Below are positions 16,631 to 25,598 of a stretch of DNA of 35,228 nucleotides, in pieces. Source of the stretch: a virus (lineage: Duplodnaviria > Caudoviricetes); the IMG/VR virus record IMGVR_UViG_3300031787_000438, positions 1 to 35,228 of that record, one strand, 5' to 3'. The notes under the pieces were generated by a model that ran no database searches, was not told the origin of the DNA, and saw only the letters and a list, made by a program, of their open reading frames with translations. Within the stretch, counting starts at the first letter, position 1. Each line of letters starts with the position of its first letter. The position numbers and the translations under genes were made by a program.

Positions 16631-17084
16631 TGCGTTTGACCAGCACCAACCCCTCCAGCTGGTAGCCGAACCGCTCGAGGAAGCGCCGCGCCGGATCGGT
16701 ATTGGTGCCGGTGGTCAGGCCCATCCGGATCTGGACCGTGCCCTTCGCTTCGGCCCAGGCTTCCATGTAGCGGATCAACCGCACCGCCGCCGTGGTCCCG
16801 CGCCACTGGGGGTGGACAAAGAATGCCAGATCGTCAGCCGTGCGTGCCGAGCAGAAAATCATGGGAGCGCTGCCCATCGCCAGAAAGCCGATGATCCCGG
16901 CCACATCGTCCACCGCCACCAGCCCCAGCCAGTCAGGATTGTCGAGGCACAGGGTAAACCATGCCTCGAACCGTTCATCTTCGAACGGATATTCCTGATA
17001 GGCCGGGGCCTCGGCCTGCATCAGCTGGCCCAGATAGAGCGCGCCGGGTAGGTCGCCCGGCTCGATCTCCCGAACGGTGATCAC
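16626..17084 (-). CDS. GNAT-family N-acetyltransferase
   Basis: VREIEPGDL start, FFVHPQWRG acetyl-CoA motif A, A.RFLERFGY motif B. Confidence 0.85.
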   Translation of the reverse strand: MITVREIEPGDLPGALYLGQLMQAEAPAYQEYPFEDERFEAWFTLCLDNPDWLGLVAVDDVAGIIGFLAMGSAPMIFCSARTADDLAFFVHPQWRGTTAAVRLIRYMEAWAEAKGTVQIRMGLTTGTNTDPARRFLERFGYQLEGLVLVKRN

Positions 17085-17854
17085 TTGCCACCATACTTCT
17101 TGGCAAAGAAGGCTTCGACCTTGGCAACCACTGCCGGGTCACGGTGCTTGGGATCGTAGTATTCCCGGCTGTCCATCAGCTTGCGGATCTCGGCTTCCTG
17201 CTGGACAAGGTCATTGCCGCCAGCATTGCCAGCATCGCCGGTTGCAGCCGGTGCGCCAGCCTCCTTCATCAACTCCTCGATCGCCTCAACGCCGGCCGCA
17301 GTGGTGCAAATCTGCGCAATCGCCGCAAACTTGGCGGGATCGCTGCCAAATCGCTGGTTCGCCCACAGCCCGACCGCTTCGGCGCGCTGCTTGCCGTTCT
17401 CGCCCAGCGCCTTCATCTCGGCATTGGCGGTTTCCTGCAAGCGAGACACCTCAGCTTCGGCATAGTCGGCAATGGTCTTGGCAAACTGGTCCTGCGACAG
17501 CCCGGTTTCGTGGGCGATCTTGCGGAACAGGCCCACTACCGGCGATGCGGCCAGCTGCTCGGCGTCGAGCGCGTCATGGCTGGGCAATTCGTAGGCATCG
17601 GGCGTCTCAGGACGCACGGCCAGGCGCTCGCCCTCCCATTGCTCTTTCAGCTGGTCGATCGACGCGCCGCGCATCTTTTCCAGCTCGACATAGGACTTGG
17701 CCAGGTTCTCAACGCTCGGACCTTCGGGCGTCCAGAACTTTTCCGGCAGCCAATCGGGCCGCTCGGCCGCTGGCGGGGTGCCGCTATCAGCTGGCGGGGT
17801 TCCGGCGTCCGCGTTTCCCTCGGCGGGCGGGGTGATCAGGCTCTCCTGGGTCAT
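17081..17854 (-). CDS. Capsid assembly scaffolding protein
   Basis: RPDWLPEKFW...LAKSY.ELEK motif, acidic coiled coil, C-terminal YYDPKHRDP; lies between portal and capsid. Confidence 0.85.
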   Translation of the reverse strand: MTQESLITPPAEGNADAGTPPADSGTPPAAERPDWLPEKFWTPEGPSVENLAKSYVELEKMRGASIDQLKEQWEGERLAVRPETPDAYELPSHDALDAEQLAASPVVGLFRKIAHETGLSQDQFAKTIADYAEAEVSRLQETANAEMKALGENGKQRAEAVGLWANQRFGSDPAKFAAIAQICTTAAGVEAIEELMKEAGAPAATGDAGNAGGNDLVQQEAEIRKLMDSREYYDPKHRDPAVVAKVEAFFAKKYGGK

Positions 17855-18116
17855 TCTGCTTACCTTTCGCAACACGCGCTTCAATGATGCCGACGAGGTA
17901 GCGCGATCCCTCGCGGTGACGCAGCTGTGCGTCCGTGATTTCAGGCCCCGCCACCATTTCGATGGTCACGGCGCGAAGATAAGACAGCACTTCGCGCCCT
18001 GCCGCCGAGCGGAACAGGGTGGCGAACAGCTGATTGAGCTCATCTTCCTGCGTGCGGGTGCGCGCGAGGCCGTCAGGCCCCAATACCCGGTCCGGCGCCG
18101 GGGATTTCCGGTCCAA
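17787..18116 (-). CDS. Small head-associated protein (Bbp19-like)
   Basis: LF.S.AG.EVL.YLR...EG.R..V..I motif; TTG start after AGGAGGAG. Confidence 0.7.
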   Translation of the reverse strand: MDRKSPAPDRVLGPDGLARTRTQEDELNQLFATLFRSAAGREVLSYLRAVTIEMVAGPEITDAQLRHREGSRYLVGIIEARVAKGKQNDPGEPDHPARRGKRGRRNPAS

Positions 18117-19632
18117 GGCTCTCTCCTCCTTGCTGAATTGTCGAAATCTGCTGGGCCAGCTGCGCCCGGCCCTTCTCATCACGGCGCAAACGCTCGGGAA
18201 CCCCGAACTTCTTGGCTGTATACTCGGCCACTTGCGCCCCATCGGTGTAGAGATTGACCATTTGCGGGCCATAATGGCGGCCAACCAGCCCCAACCAGCT
18301 ATCGACCGCGTTGATATCCTCGACTGCCTGCGCCTGAGACAGCGGAGAGGTGGCAACGATCTTGACTTCGCGCCCGTTGACGGTCGGAAGCTCGATCAGG
18401 CCGCGCTTCTTGAGGATGAAGATCACCCGTTGCAGCACGCGGTTGACGAACTCGACCTGCAAGCGCCCGAATGCCGAACCAATCTGGCGCGACAGGTCGG
18501 CCATGCGCTGCGCTACCTCGGTTGCGCTCATCGGCGTGGTGTCAGGCGAGCCAAGCGTCTCGTTGAACAGCGCCTTCTTGATGTTGTTGCGCATGTCGCC
18601 CAGGATCAGCTGACCGACATTGAAATCACCCGCGCCGCCGACCTGCTGTAAGCCCGCGCTGCCCGGCGCAACCGGAATGATCGTGCCTGGAACGAGGCGA
18701 ATGTTGTCAACCGACACAACCCCATCGTCCTCAGCGGTATAGACGCCGGCAATTGCCATCTCGGCGTTCTCGAGCGTCAGCTGCACGACCAGATTGGCAG
18801 TGCGCACGGCAGCAAGGCAGTTGAACAGCGGGCCGCGCCCCCATGCTTCGCCCGCAACCTTCGACCAGCGCCAGCCAATGTAAGGATTGGAGCCGGTGCC
18901 AGAGAGTGTGGCCTTGCGAATGATCTCCTTGTGTGCCGGCAGAAACACGCGCAGCTCGTTTGTCTCGGTCGGCTTCTTCCAGTCGCGGTAGATGCACAGC
19001 ACCACATCGACGAGCGGATCGGTTTCCTTGTCCTTCTCGCTGGCGATCTTGCGCTTGAGTTCAGGCGGGATCACCGATCCAGGGTAGGCGGTTTCGATAT
19101 GCGACAGGCGCACCTTGCGGCTGCGCATGTAGGTGTCGATCTTGTCGTCCGGCCCGGTGTCAATCAGCAGTTCAGGCAGCGGGACAGCGGTGAACACCAC
19201 CGGATTGACCGCATCGCCCTCATTGACCTCGAGACAGGCCGTGCCAACCGCTGTGTCGATCAGGCATTCGTTGGCTTCCTGCGCTAGATTGGACGCCTGA
19301 AGGATCTCAAACACATAGTCCGTGACCTTCTCTAGTGCCTTGTTGATCTCCCCAACCTCTGCGGGGTCCACGTCGCTACCGGCAGCGAGTTCCGCCCAGC
19401 GGGCATAGTTCGGCATAAGCCCGGCCTGGATACGGCTCGCAAACTCGGGGGTCGCGACGACCGCGGTTTCGTCGAATACGTCAGGCGAAACCTGCCCCTG
19501 ACCGCGCTCAAAGAAAGAAGTGCGGCCAGGCACAGCGTAATCATAGCATTCCTGATAGGTGCTCTCCCACGGCTGGCGTTTGGCGCGTGCGCGCTCGAGG
19601 CGGCGCAGCAGCGTTTCGATCTCGTCACTCAT
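18073..19632 (-). CDS. Portal (head-to-tail connector)
   Basis: W...YQECYDY..P, RW.K..GE.WGRGP and MSATEV..R motifs of BPP-1/T7-type portals. Confidence 0.93.
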   Translation of the reverse strand: MSDEIETLLRRLERARAKRQPWESTYQECYDYAVPGRTSFFERGQGQVSPDVFDETAVVATPEFASRIQAGLMPNYARWAELAAGSDVDPAEVGEINKALEKVTDYVFEILQASNLAQEANECLIDTAVGTACLEVNEGDAVNPVVFTAVPLPELLIDTGPDDKIDTYMRSRKVRLSHIETAYPGSVIPPELKRKIASEKDKETDPLVDVVLCIYRDWKKPTETNELRVFLPAHKEIIRKATLSGTGSNPYIGWRWSKVAGEAWGRGPLFNCLAAVRTANLVVQLTLENAEMAIAGVYTAEDDGVVSVDNIRLVPGTIIPVAPGSAGLQQVGGAGDFNVGQLILGDMRNNIKKALFNETLGSPDTTPMSATEVAQRMADLSRQIGSAFGRLQVEFVNRVLQRVIFILKKRGLIELPTVNGREVKIVATSPLSQAQAVEDINAVDSWLGLVGRHYGPQMVNLYTDGAQVAEYTAKKFGVPERLRRDEKGRAQLAQQISTIQQGGESLGPEIPGAGPGIGA

Positions 19633-20051
19633 ACCAGCTGCACATTGTTTAAGCGGGTGCTGCCGCCGAAGAAGCCGCCACCAGCACCGCCGCCGCTAAA
19701 ACCGCCAATCAGGCTTGGCATGGTGCCGGTAAAGTCACCGCCACCACCGCCGCCGCCGCTAATGGGGACGCCCCCGCCGCCTGATCCGCCAGACGCTGCC
19801 GGGATCAAGGGTAGGCCGGAGCGCCCGCCACCAAAGAGGAAACCCGCACCGCCCTTTGGTCCACTGATCAAAGAGCGTGCCCCCCATTGGCCGCGTGACC
19901 GGGCAACGGCTTCCTCGAAACGCTTGTCTTTCTCGCGTGTCGCCATGTCGGCCAGCTCGCGCTTGCGCTGCAGCCGCGCGGCGCGCGCTTCTTCCTCCAT
20001 TGCCAATTCCTCGGCAGTCTTGGGGGCTGGCTTGGGGGCTTTGACACACAT
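19629..20051 (-). CDS. Small virion-associated protein with Gly-rich C-terminal tail
   Basis: MC..PKP start and G.RSL motif, typical of the gene preceding the portal in this phage group; no RBS visible (possibly leaderless). Confidence 0.6.
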   Translation of the reverse strand: MCVKAPKPAPKTAEELAMEEEARAARLQRKRELADMATREKDKRFEEAVARSRGQWGARSLISGPKGGAGFLFGGGRSGLPLIPAASGGSGGGGVPISGGGGGGGDFTGTMPSLIGGFSGGGAGGGFFGGSTRLNNVQLV

Positions 20052-20080
20052 CGTAGGCGATAGGCCACGATGCGCGGCGC

Positions 20081-20096
20081 GTCACAATGGACTAGT
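20081..20096 (-). promoter_or_regulatory. Late-promoter-like motif, copy 3
   Basis: Exact ACTAGTCCATTGTGAC within the last terL codons; its TTG lies 36 nt before ATG 20051. Confidence 0.7.
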
Positions 20097-21599
20097 CGCC
20101 CGGCGCCGGCTCGTTTGCCGCCAGCCCAGCACGTCAAAGCTCTTGCGTGCCACCACCGGCTTGGTGTTCGAGGTGTCGCCCAGCAGCAGCTTGCGGCTCT
20201 CCCCGCCCCCGCACATGCCATATTGCAGCGCGTCATGCGGGTGGCTGAACTTGTTCTTGTCGGGCCGATCGTCATAGCGTTCGGCACCGGAGACTTGCAG
20301 CCGCTTGTAGGCATAGCCGCCTGCAAAGCCGCGGATCAGCGTGGTGCAGCCAGGATCGATCAGGAAGCCGGGCTTGCCTTCGATCAGACGGGTGAGGCCA
20401 GCAGATACGGCCTCGATCCGGACCACCGGGTCATTGGTCGGTGCAGCGCGCGCCTTGAGGCCGGCAGTGCGCAGGATCTGGAACGGTGTCGTCTCGTCAG
20501 TCTGAGCGCGATAGTCGCCAGCCGGATCGCCCCATAGCTGGAAGGTGAAGCCAGGAAAGTTCTGCTGCATATCGCGGCGCAAGAGGTCGGCAAACTTGGC
20601 CGCGCCCATGTCCTGCGCCACCAGTTCGCGCAGGATCAGCCAGCGCCCGCGCACCAGCTGCATGTAGACCGCCGAAGGCGTCAGGCCAAAGTCGATGCCA
20701 ATGATAATCGGGATGCCGGCCGCAGGAACCAGCGGCTCCTTGGCAACGTGCATGGCATAGTCGAAATCGGCATAGACCGGCTTGCCATCGTTGAGGCTGC
20801 CCAGCTCGTTCAGGACATAGACCTGGATCCAGCTGCGCGTCTTGCCCTTGATGATCGACGGGTAATAGGCGGGCGTCAGATTGCCCACGTTTTCGGCGAC
20901 CGGGTTCATCTCGTAGCCGGTGATGATCCCCTCGTCGTCGCGCACCGGGCGCATCCCGCCCGGCTGGGTAAAGAACTCCCAGGTGTCAGGCTTGATCAGC
21001 ATGAGCGCTTCTTCGCGCGTCAGGTGATCGGGCACCGGCGCCTCGCCCGCCATGATTGGCCACCAGTGATCTTCGTCCGGCGCGTTGGTATCGGCGATCA
21101 CGCCATACCAAGTCGGCCCGCCATCTTTCATCGACGGGAAGCGGCCGACGCGCATGGTGCAGGCATCGACGATCGCCTTGGGCACTTCGCGCGCCTCGTT
21201 GATGAACACGCCGGTGAGTTCGAGGCTGAGCAGCTTCTTCACATCTTCCGGCTTGTCGAGCGCCAGGAAGATCACTTCCATGTCAATGTCGCCTACCTTG
21301 ACGTGGTGCGTGAACGGCGGCGACCAGTTGAACTTGCCCCACACATCTTCGGGAAACCAGTCGAGCCAGGTCTTGATCGTCGTGGTCTTGAGCTGCGGGT
21401 TGGTATTGCGCACCACAGCCCAACGGGTCTTGCGCTTCCCGTCCGGTCCCGGCTCTTGCTGGCTGGCGCGGCGGAACATTTCGACGCAGCAGCACACAGA
21501 CTTGCCTGAGCCGACCGGCCCACGCAGCCCCCGGAAGAATGCCGAGGACAGCATGAACGCTTTGGTGGTTGGCCCGGGCGGTTTGTAGTTGAGGCTCAC
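20082..21599 (-). CDS. terL: Terminase large subunit
   Basis: Walker A GPVGSGKS, Walker B GVFINE, nuclease GIDFG and HPHDALQY. Confidence 0.95.
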   Translation of the reverse strand: MSLNYKPPGPTTKAFMLSSAFFRGLRGPVGSGKSVCCCVEMFRRASQQEPGPDGKRKTRWAVVRNTNPQLKTTTIKTWLDWFPEDVWGKFNWSPPFTHHVKVGDIDMEVIFLALDKPEDVKKLLSLELTGVFINEAREVPKAIVDACTMRVGRFPSMKDGGPTWYGVIADTNAPDEDHWWPIMAGEAPVPDHLTREEALMLIKPDTWEFFTQPGGMRPVRDDEGIITGYEMNPVAENVGNLTPAYYPSIIKGKTRSWIQVYVLNELGSLNDGKPVYADFDYAMHVAKEPLVPAAGIPIIIGIDFGLTPSAVYMQLVRGRWLILRELVAQDMGAAKFADLLRRDMQQNFPGFTFQLWGDPAGDYRAQTDETTPFQILRTAGLKARAAPTNDPVVRIEAVSAGLTRLIEGKPGFLIDPGCTTLIRGFAGGYAYKRLQVSGAERYDDRPDKNKFSHPHDALQYGMCGGGESRKLLLGDTSNTKPVVARKSFDVLGWRQTSRRRATSPL

Positions 21600-21617
21600 T
21601 TCGTCCTTTAGGGATTA

Positions 21618-23216
21618 TCAGGAAACGTTATTCGAACCGCCGCTGCCGGGGTTATCGGTTGCCCAATTGACCGCGCCGCTGCCGACCGCGCCCGCGTCAT
21701 AGGCCCCGCCGAGGTCAGCAGGACCACCCGCCTTCACATCCAGCATGGTGAATACATCGGCTCGGGAAAGCGGCTCGAAGGTCGGGCCGTCGAATGTCCC
21801 GCTGTAAGCAAGGGTTGCCCCCTTGTTGCCGCTGGTGATGTTGTCGGTCAGCGTTGGGCTGCCGCCGATGCTGAAGATGTCAGCGATATTGCGTTCGAGG
21901 CGATGCGTTCCGCTGGTCGTGCCGTTTGAGCCGGTGCCGAGCGCTAGCTGCGCAATGTTCCCGGTCAGATTGGCGTCCGACTGGATAACCGTGTTGTTGA
22001 GCGCAACGCCGCTCTTGCAGTTCTCAACCAAGATCGGCCAAGTGCTGCCCGACGTGACCACCACGTTCCCGATAATAGTCGGGACGTAGAAAAAGCCGCT
22101 ATCTACGCCGCTAGTCTTGTAGTCGCTGAGAAAGATGCCTTGGCCCAAACCGCCGCGCGCTGTGCCTGGGAACAAGATATTGCGGGAAATATTATAAGTG
22201 CAGTCCGCCTTCGCGGCATTTGTCGCCACGCCGCGGATAGCGTCTGGATGCGGCGAGCCGCTGTCGGTCGATTTGCCAACACAGTCAGAAATTACGTTAT
22301 CATTGATATTATAGGTGACAACGTAGCCTGTTTCTGTCGCGTTGCCCGGAGGAGACGTCGTAATCGCATCCGAGTAGTAGTAGCGAATACGGTTTCCAGA
22401 AATTGTTCCGACCGCCGCCGCGCTCTGGCTGACCTTCATCACAACCGCCGAACCGCTCCATTCGATCAGGTTGTTAGTTACAGTGATATTGCCAACCGAG
22501 TTGTCGAGCGATGAACTGGTGCGGATCAGGTTGATCCCGTTGTTCGGGTAGTTGGTGCTGGTTGCGTAGTCGCCGTTCGGGTCGCCAGTCGCGCCGCGAA
22601 TGTGGCAGCTATCAATTGTGATACCAGCCGCGTTATTCGCGGTTTCCCCGATGATATTGAACTTCGGCTCCGCAACCGCAGTAGTGCGCAGGCGGCGGAA
22701 GGTGACGTTGCGAGTGCCGCGCAGGCTGAACTTGTCAACGTCTGCATAGGTCGTGGTGTCGCGGCAGTAAATTTCCAGCCCGCCGTAGTCAGCGCGGCGA
22801 AGGCGAGCCGCGGCACCGTCAACGCCGGTTGTGATCGTTGCGCCGGGGCGAATGGCAATCTTCTTGGCCGATAGCGTAGCGGTGGCCTGGGCAATCACCG
22901 TGTCCCATTCGCTTGTCTGGCGAACGTCCCACTCGTTAGTGGCAATCGTAATGTTTACTTGCTGGCCGTTGTCCAAAACCAGCGCATAAGGACCAAGGTT
23001 GAGGTTGGCCGTATCACCCGCAGCCGAAGGGACGATATAACCGCCAGTGATGGTCCAGTGTCCGGAGGCATCGCCGCTGCTGATCGTGGTGCCGGTGACG
23101 GCAACACCGCCATGGCCCGCAATGGTCAGGTTGCCGAAAGTGGCAGTTACAGCCGGCGCAACACCGCTGACGCGAGCAGTCGATCGCCGAACAGTAAGGT
23201 GAGAGTTCCGGCTCAC
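21618..23216 (-). CDS. Right-handed beta-helix (pectin lyase-like) fibre, putative head fibre / depolymerase
   Basis: Repeated I..N.I / V.NN motifs, HPDAI motif, Asn/Thr/Gly-rich; GTG start overlaps the stop of the spike-base gene. Confidence 0.7.
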   Translation of the reverse strand: MSRNSHLTVRRSTARVSGVAPAVTATFGNLTIAGHGGVAVTGTTISSGDASGHWTITGGYIVPSAAGDTANLNLGPYALVLDNGQQVNITIATNEWDVRQTSEWDTVIAQATATLSAKKIAIRPGATITTGVDGAAARLRRADYGGLEIYCRDTTTYADVDKFSLRGTRNVTFRRLRTTAVAEPKFNIIGETANNAAGITIDSCHIRGATGDPNGDYATSTNYPNNGINLIRTSSSLDNSVGNITVTNNLIEWSGSAVVMKVSQSAAAVGTISGNRIRYYYSDAITTSPPGNATETGYVVTYNINDNVISDCVGKSTDSGSPHPDAIRGVATNAAKADCTYNISRNILFPGTARGGLGQGIFLSDYKTSGVDSGFFYVPTIIGNVVVTSGSTWPILVENCKSGVALNNTVIQSDANLTGNIAQLALGTGSNGTTSGTHRLERNIADIFSIGGSPTLTDNITSGNKGATLAYSGTFDGPTFEPLSRADVFTMLDVKAGGPADLGGAYDAGAVGSGAVNWATDNPGSGGSNNVS

Positions 23217-23458
23217 CAGACCGCCACGATATTGGTCGCAGCTGTAGCCGCCTTGACCTTGTTGATCTGCAGCCAGATCCAGCTGCCGGCCGGAACCGAG
23301 GAGAACGTCACGGTCGCGCCGTTCTGCGTCTCGACCACCACGTTGCCAGCGCCGCCCACATAGAGGCCCAGGCAATTCAGAACCGTGGCATCGCTTGGCG
23401 TGACCGCGGCCGCATTGCCAGGGATCCCACTCGCGTCCATCATCTGCGAACCAGCCAT
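23213..23458 (-). CDS. Head spike base protein (RcGTA Rcc01079-like)
   Basis: AVTPSD...LYVGGAG.V.V....G..VTF..VPAG.......V....AT.IVA pattern; AAGGAG RBS. Confidence 0.75.
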   Translation of the reverse strand: MAGSQMMDASGIPGNAAAVTPSDATVLNCLGLYVGGAGNVVVETQNGATVTFSSVPAGSWIWLQINKVKAATAATNIVAVW

Positions 23459-23505
23459 CAGCAATCTCCTTCACAGCGGGCCATCCCATCAGGACGGCTT
23501 GCCAG

Positions 23506-23515
23506 CAATGGACAG
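23506..23515 (-). promoter_or_regulatory. Late-promoter-like motif, variant copy 4 (CTGTCCATTG)
   Basis: Core GTCCATTG; its TTG lies 36 nt before the G preceding the AAGGAG RBS of the spike-base gene. Confidence 0.5.
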
Positions 23516-23517
23516 GA

Positions 23518-24792
23518 TTAGATCGAGCGATACCGGAGGAAGCTGCCAGCTTTGACCGTCACGTTGGTCCCACCCGTCTCGCTGGCCATCTGGACCTTGA
23601 CCGTGCCGGAAGGCGAGGCACCCGCCATGAAGTTGCCACGAATGCGCGACGGCCAGCTTTGCGTGGTGTTGGGCAGACCACCGACAGCAGCCAGCAAGGC
23701 CGCGTTGATGTTGCCAAACACCAGCACCTGCGCGGTCCCGCTTGTCGGCATGACGATATCAGCCACCCCGTCCGTGCCGCCAGTGGGCCAGGCCAAGCCG
23801 GGCCGCGGGCCAACCGTAGCTGTGGCCGTGCGTAGCAGCAGCAGCGCCTCGAACTCGTATTGCGTGTTGGCAACCGGCGTGAAGGCGAGGCCCGTCACGT
23901 CGACTGCCGTGGCGCTCGATGTCACGAAGTCGGAGCCGAGCTTGAGATAGGTCCACGGATCAGCGCCGCCCGATGGCGTGGCCCAGGTTCCATCCCCGCG
24001 CCAGAAGGTCGAGGCACTGGCCCCGGTGCCGCTGTTGAGCCGCGCCACAGCAAGGTTGCCGGTCAAGTCCGCCGCGCTGCCGGAAGTGGCGACAGTGGCC
24101 AGCGCGAGGTCGGTCTTGAGCGTGGCGAGGGTCTGCACTTCCGGCGCGCCAGCACCTGCCGTCTTGCGGTAGATCAGGGAGCCGGTCGCCATGTTCGCCA
24201 TCTTGGCCAGCGACACCGCGCCGTTAGCGATCGTTGCCGCAAACGAACTCGTCCCGCTGCCGGTGACGTCGCCGGTCAGGGTTATGGTCTGATCGCCGGT
24301 ATTCGTGCCACTGGATGTCCCAGAGAAGGTGCCGTTTTGGGTGGCAAGGGTGCCGAGGCCGGTGATGGTTCCGACAGCCTGGGTTCCGGTGTGGTTAGCC
24401 CGGCTGAGGAGGAAAGCGTCAGTCTGGTTGGCTGTTGCGCCAGTTGCGATGCCGGAGAGCTTGGTTTCCTGCGCAGTCGTGAATGCCGCGGTGGTGTTGG
24501 TCAGCACGGTGGCCAGCGGCTGATAGCTGCCCGCCGCCTGCTTGCCATCGAGCGCAGTCTGCAACCCCGTCACATCGGCAATGACATGACCATGTGACGC
24601 AGCCGCATAACTGCCCGCAGCCTGCTTTCCAGCCAAGGCCGCATTCAAATCCGTCTGGCTCGCCAGCGTCCCGGTGATCCCACCCCAAGCAGCACCACCA
24701 CCAGGCACAATATACTTCGAGACGTTCGAGAGGATCTTCTCATTCTCCGTCTGCGTCCGCTTGGGCCGGCGCGGCGTCCCAATCCCCCTCAC
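23518..24792 (-). CDS. Fibre protein with phage tail repeat-like motifs
   Basis: WGGITGTL..QTDL, HGHVIADVTGLQTALDGK, LTGDVTG and FWRGDGTWATP fibre-shaft motifs. Confidence 0.75.
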   Translation of the reverse strand: MRGIGTPRRPKRTQTENEKILSNVSKYIVPGGGAAWGGITGTLASQTDLNAALAGKQAAGSYAAASHGHVIADVTGLQTALDGKQAAGSYQPLATVLTNTTAAFTTAQETKLSGIATGATANQTDAFLLSRANHTGTQAVGTITGLGTLATQNGTFSGTSSGTNTGDQTITLTGDVTGSGTSSFAATIANGAVSLAKMANMATGSLIYRKTAGAGAPEVQTLATLKTDLALATVATSGSAADLTGNLAVARLNSGTGASASTFWRGDGTWATPSGGADPWTYLKLGSDFVTSSATAVDVTGLAFTPVANTQYEFEALLLLRTATATVGPRPGLAWPTGGTDGVADIVMPTSGTAQVLVFGNINAALLAAVGGLPNTTQSWPSRIRGNFMAGASPSGTVKVQMASETGGTNVTVKAGSFLRYRSI

Positions 24793-24980
24793 GACACCAA
24801 CCCCACTTCCCGCCCAGCCCTCAAGTTCGCCTCGATCACTTCCTCCGAGAAACTGTCAATCAGCTTGTCGCACTCATAATCCGTGAGCAGGCTCTCAGGC
24901 AGAAACCGAAGATGCACCCGGCGCACAATCGCTCGAAGCCGCTGCCGATCCTCCCACTTCATCATCGACGACAAACCCAT
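24789..24980 (-). CDS. Hypothetical 63-aa protein
   Basis: Coupled to the downstream fibre gene (GTGA overlap); RLR.IVR.VH...TD.E.DKLID pattern. Confidence 0.65.
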   Translation of the reverse strand: MGLSSMMKWEDRQRLRAIVRRVHLRFLPESLLTDYECDKLIDSFSEEVIEANLRAGREVGLVS

Positions 24981-25096
24981 CTTCGAACCTTTCTCACACC
25001 AAAAAATATCAGAAGGGGTGCGGACCTTGGGGAGAAAAATTGCGTGTGGTGGGCCCCTCGCAATCCCACACTCCCTGTTTTCAACCCCCTCCCCCC

Positions 25097-25486
25097 TCAG
25101 CTCAGATCGATGTTCACCGTCACATCGCCATGAACTCTGTGGTCCACACGGTCTGGTGCCTTCAGTCCAACACGGTTGAGAACATCTTGTGCTGCTTGAA
25201 GGCGAACATACTCGGATTTGGCTGAGAGAAGGTCATGCAAGCGTTGAACTGCTACAGGTGACTGCATGACAAGCTCGTTCATGGTTCGAGCCATGATGGC
25301 CTGGATGACATGTGGTTTGGCAAGCAGTTCATACGCTTGTGACCGAGCGGTGTCCTTGGAGTAGCCGGCTTCGATAGCGGCTTCTGTCTTGTGTCCACCG
25401 TTACTGACAAACGCATCGACGAAGGCGGCTTGCATGGGGGTTAGCTCCTTGGTGCTATCGGAGCTGGCTACGGGGATCGGGAGCAT
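25097..25486 (-). CDS. terS: Terminase small subunit
   Basis: LT..Q.AFV..F.......EAAI.AGYS..TA......LL..P.V HTH signature. Confidence 0.9.
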   Translation of the reverse strand: MLPIPVASSDSTKELTPMQAAFVDAFVSNGGHKTEAAIEAGYSKDTARSQAYELLAKPHVIQAIMARTMNELVMQSPVAVQRLHDLLSAKSEYVRLQAAQDVLNRVGLKAPDRVDHRVHGDVTVNIDLS

Positions 25487-25555
25487 GGGATACCTTGGAG
25501 AGCGGTGGAGTTAGGAGAGCGCGCGCGCGAGGAAGCCTTGCCCTTGGAAGGGCGT

Positions 25556-25567
25556 CAATGGACTAGT
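25556..25567 (-). promoter_or_regulatory. Late-promoter-like motif, copy 5 (ACTAGTCCATTG, continuing as TTGACG)
   Basis: 12-nt exact match at the head of the late operon, upstream of terS. Confidence 0.7.
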
Positions 25568-25598
25568 CCTTAGCCCTTGATTGGTAGGCCTAAACTGA

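Noticed and set aside
16495-16806. N-terminal extension of the capsid ORF (378 aa in the track)
   Set aside because: Overlaps the GNAT gene, the promoter motif and the structured leader; RBS and family pattern place the start at 16494
23217-23489. N-terminal extension of the 623-aa beta-helix ORF
   Set aside because: The segment encodes the spike-base protein in another frame; GTG 23216 coupled to its stop is more plausible
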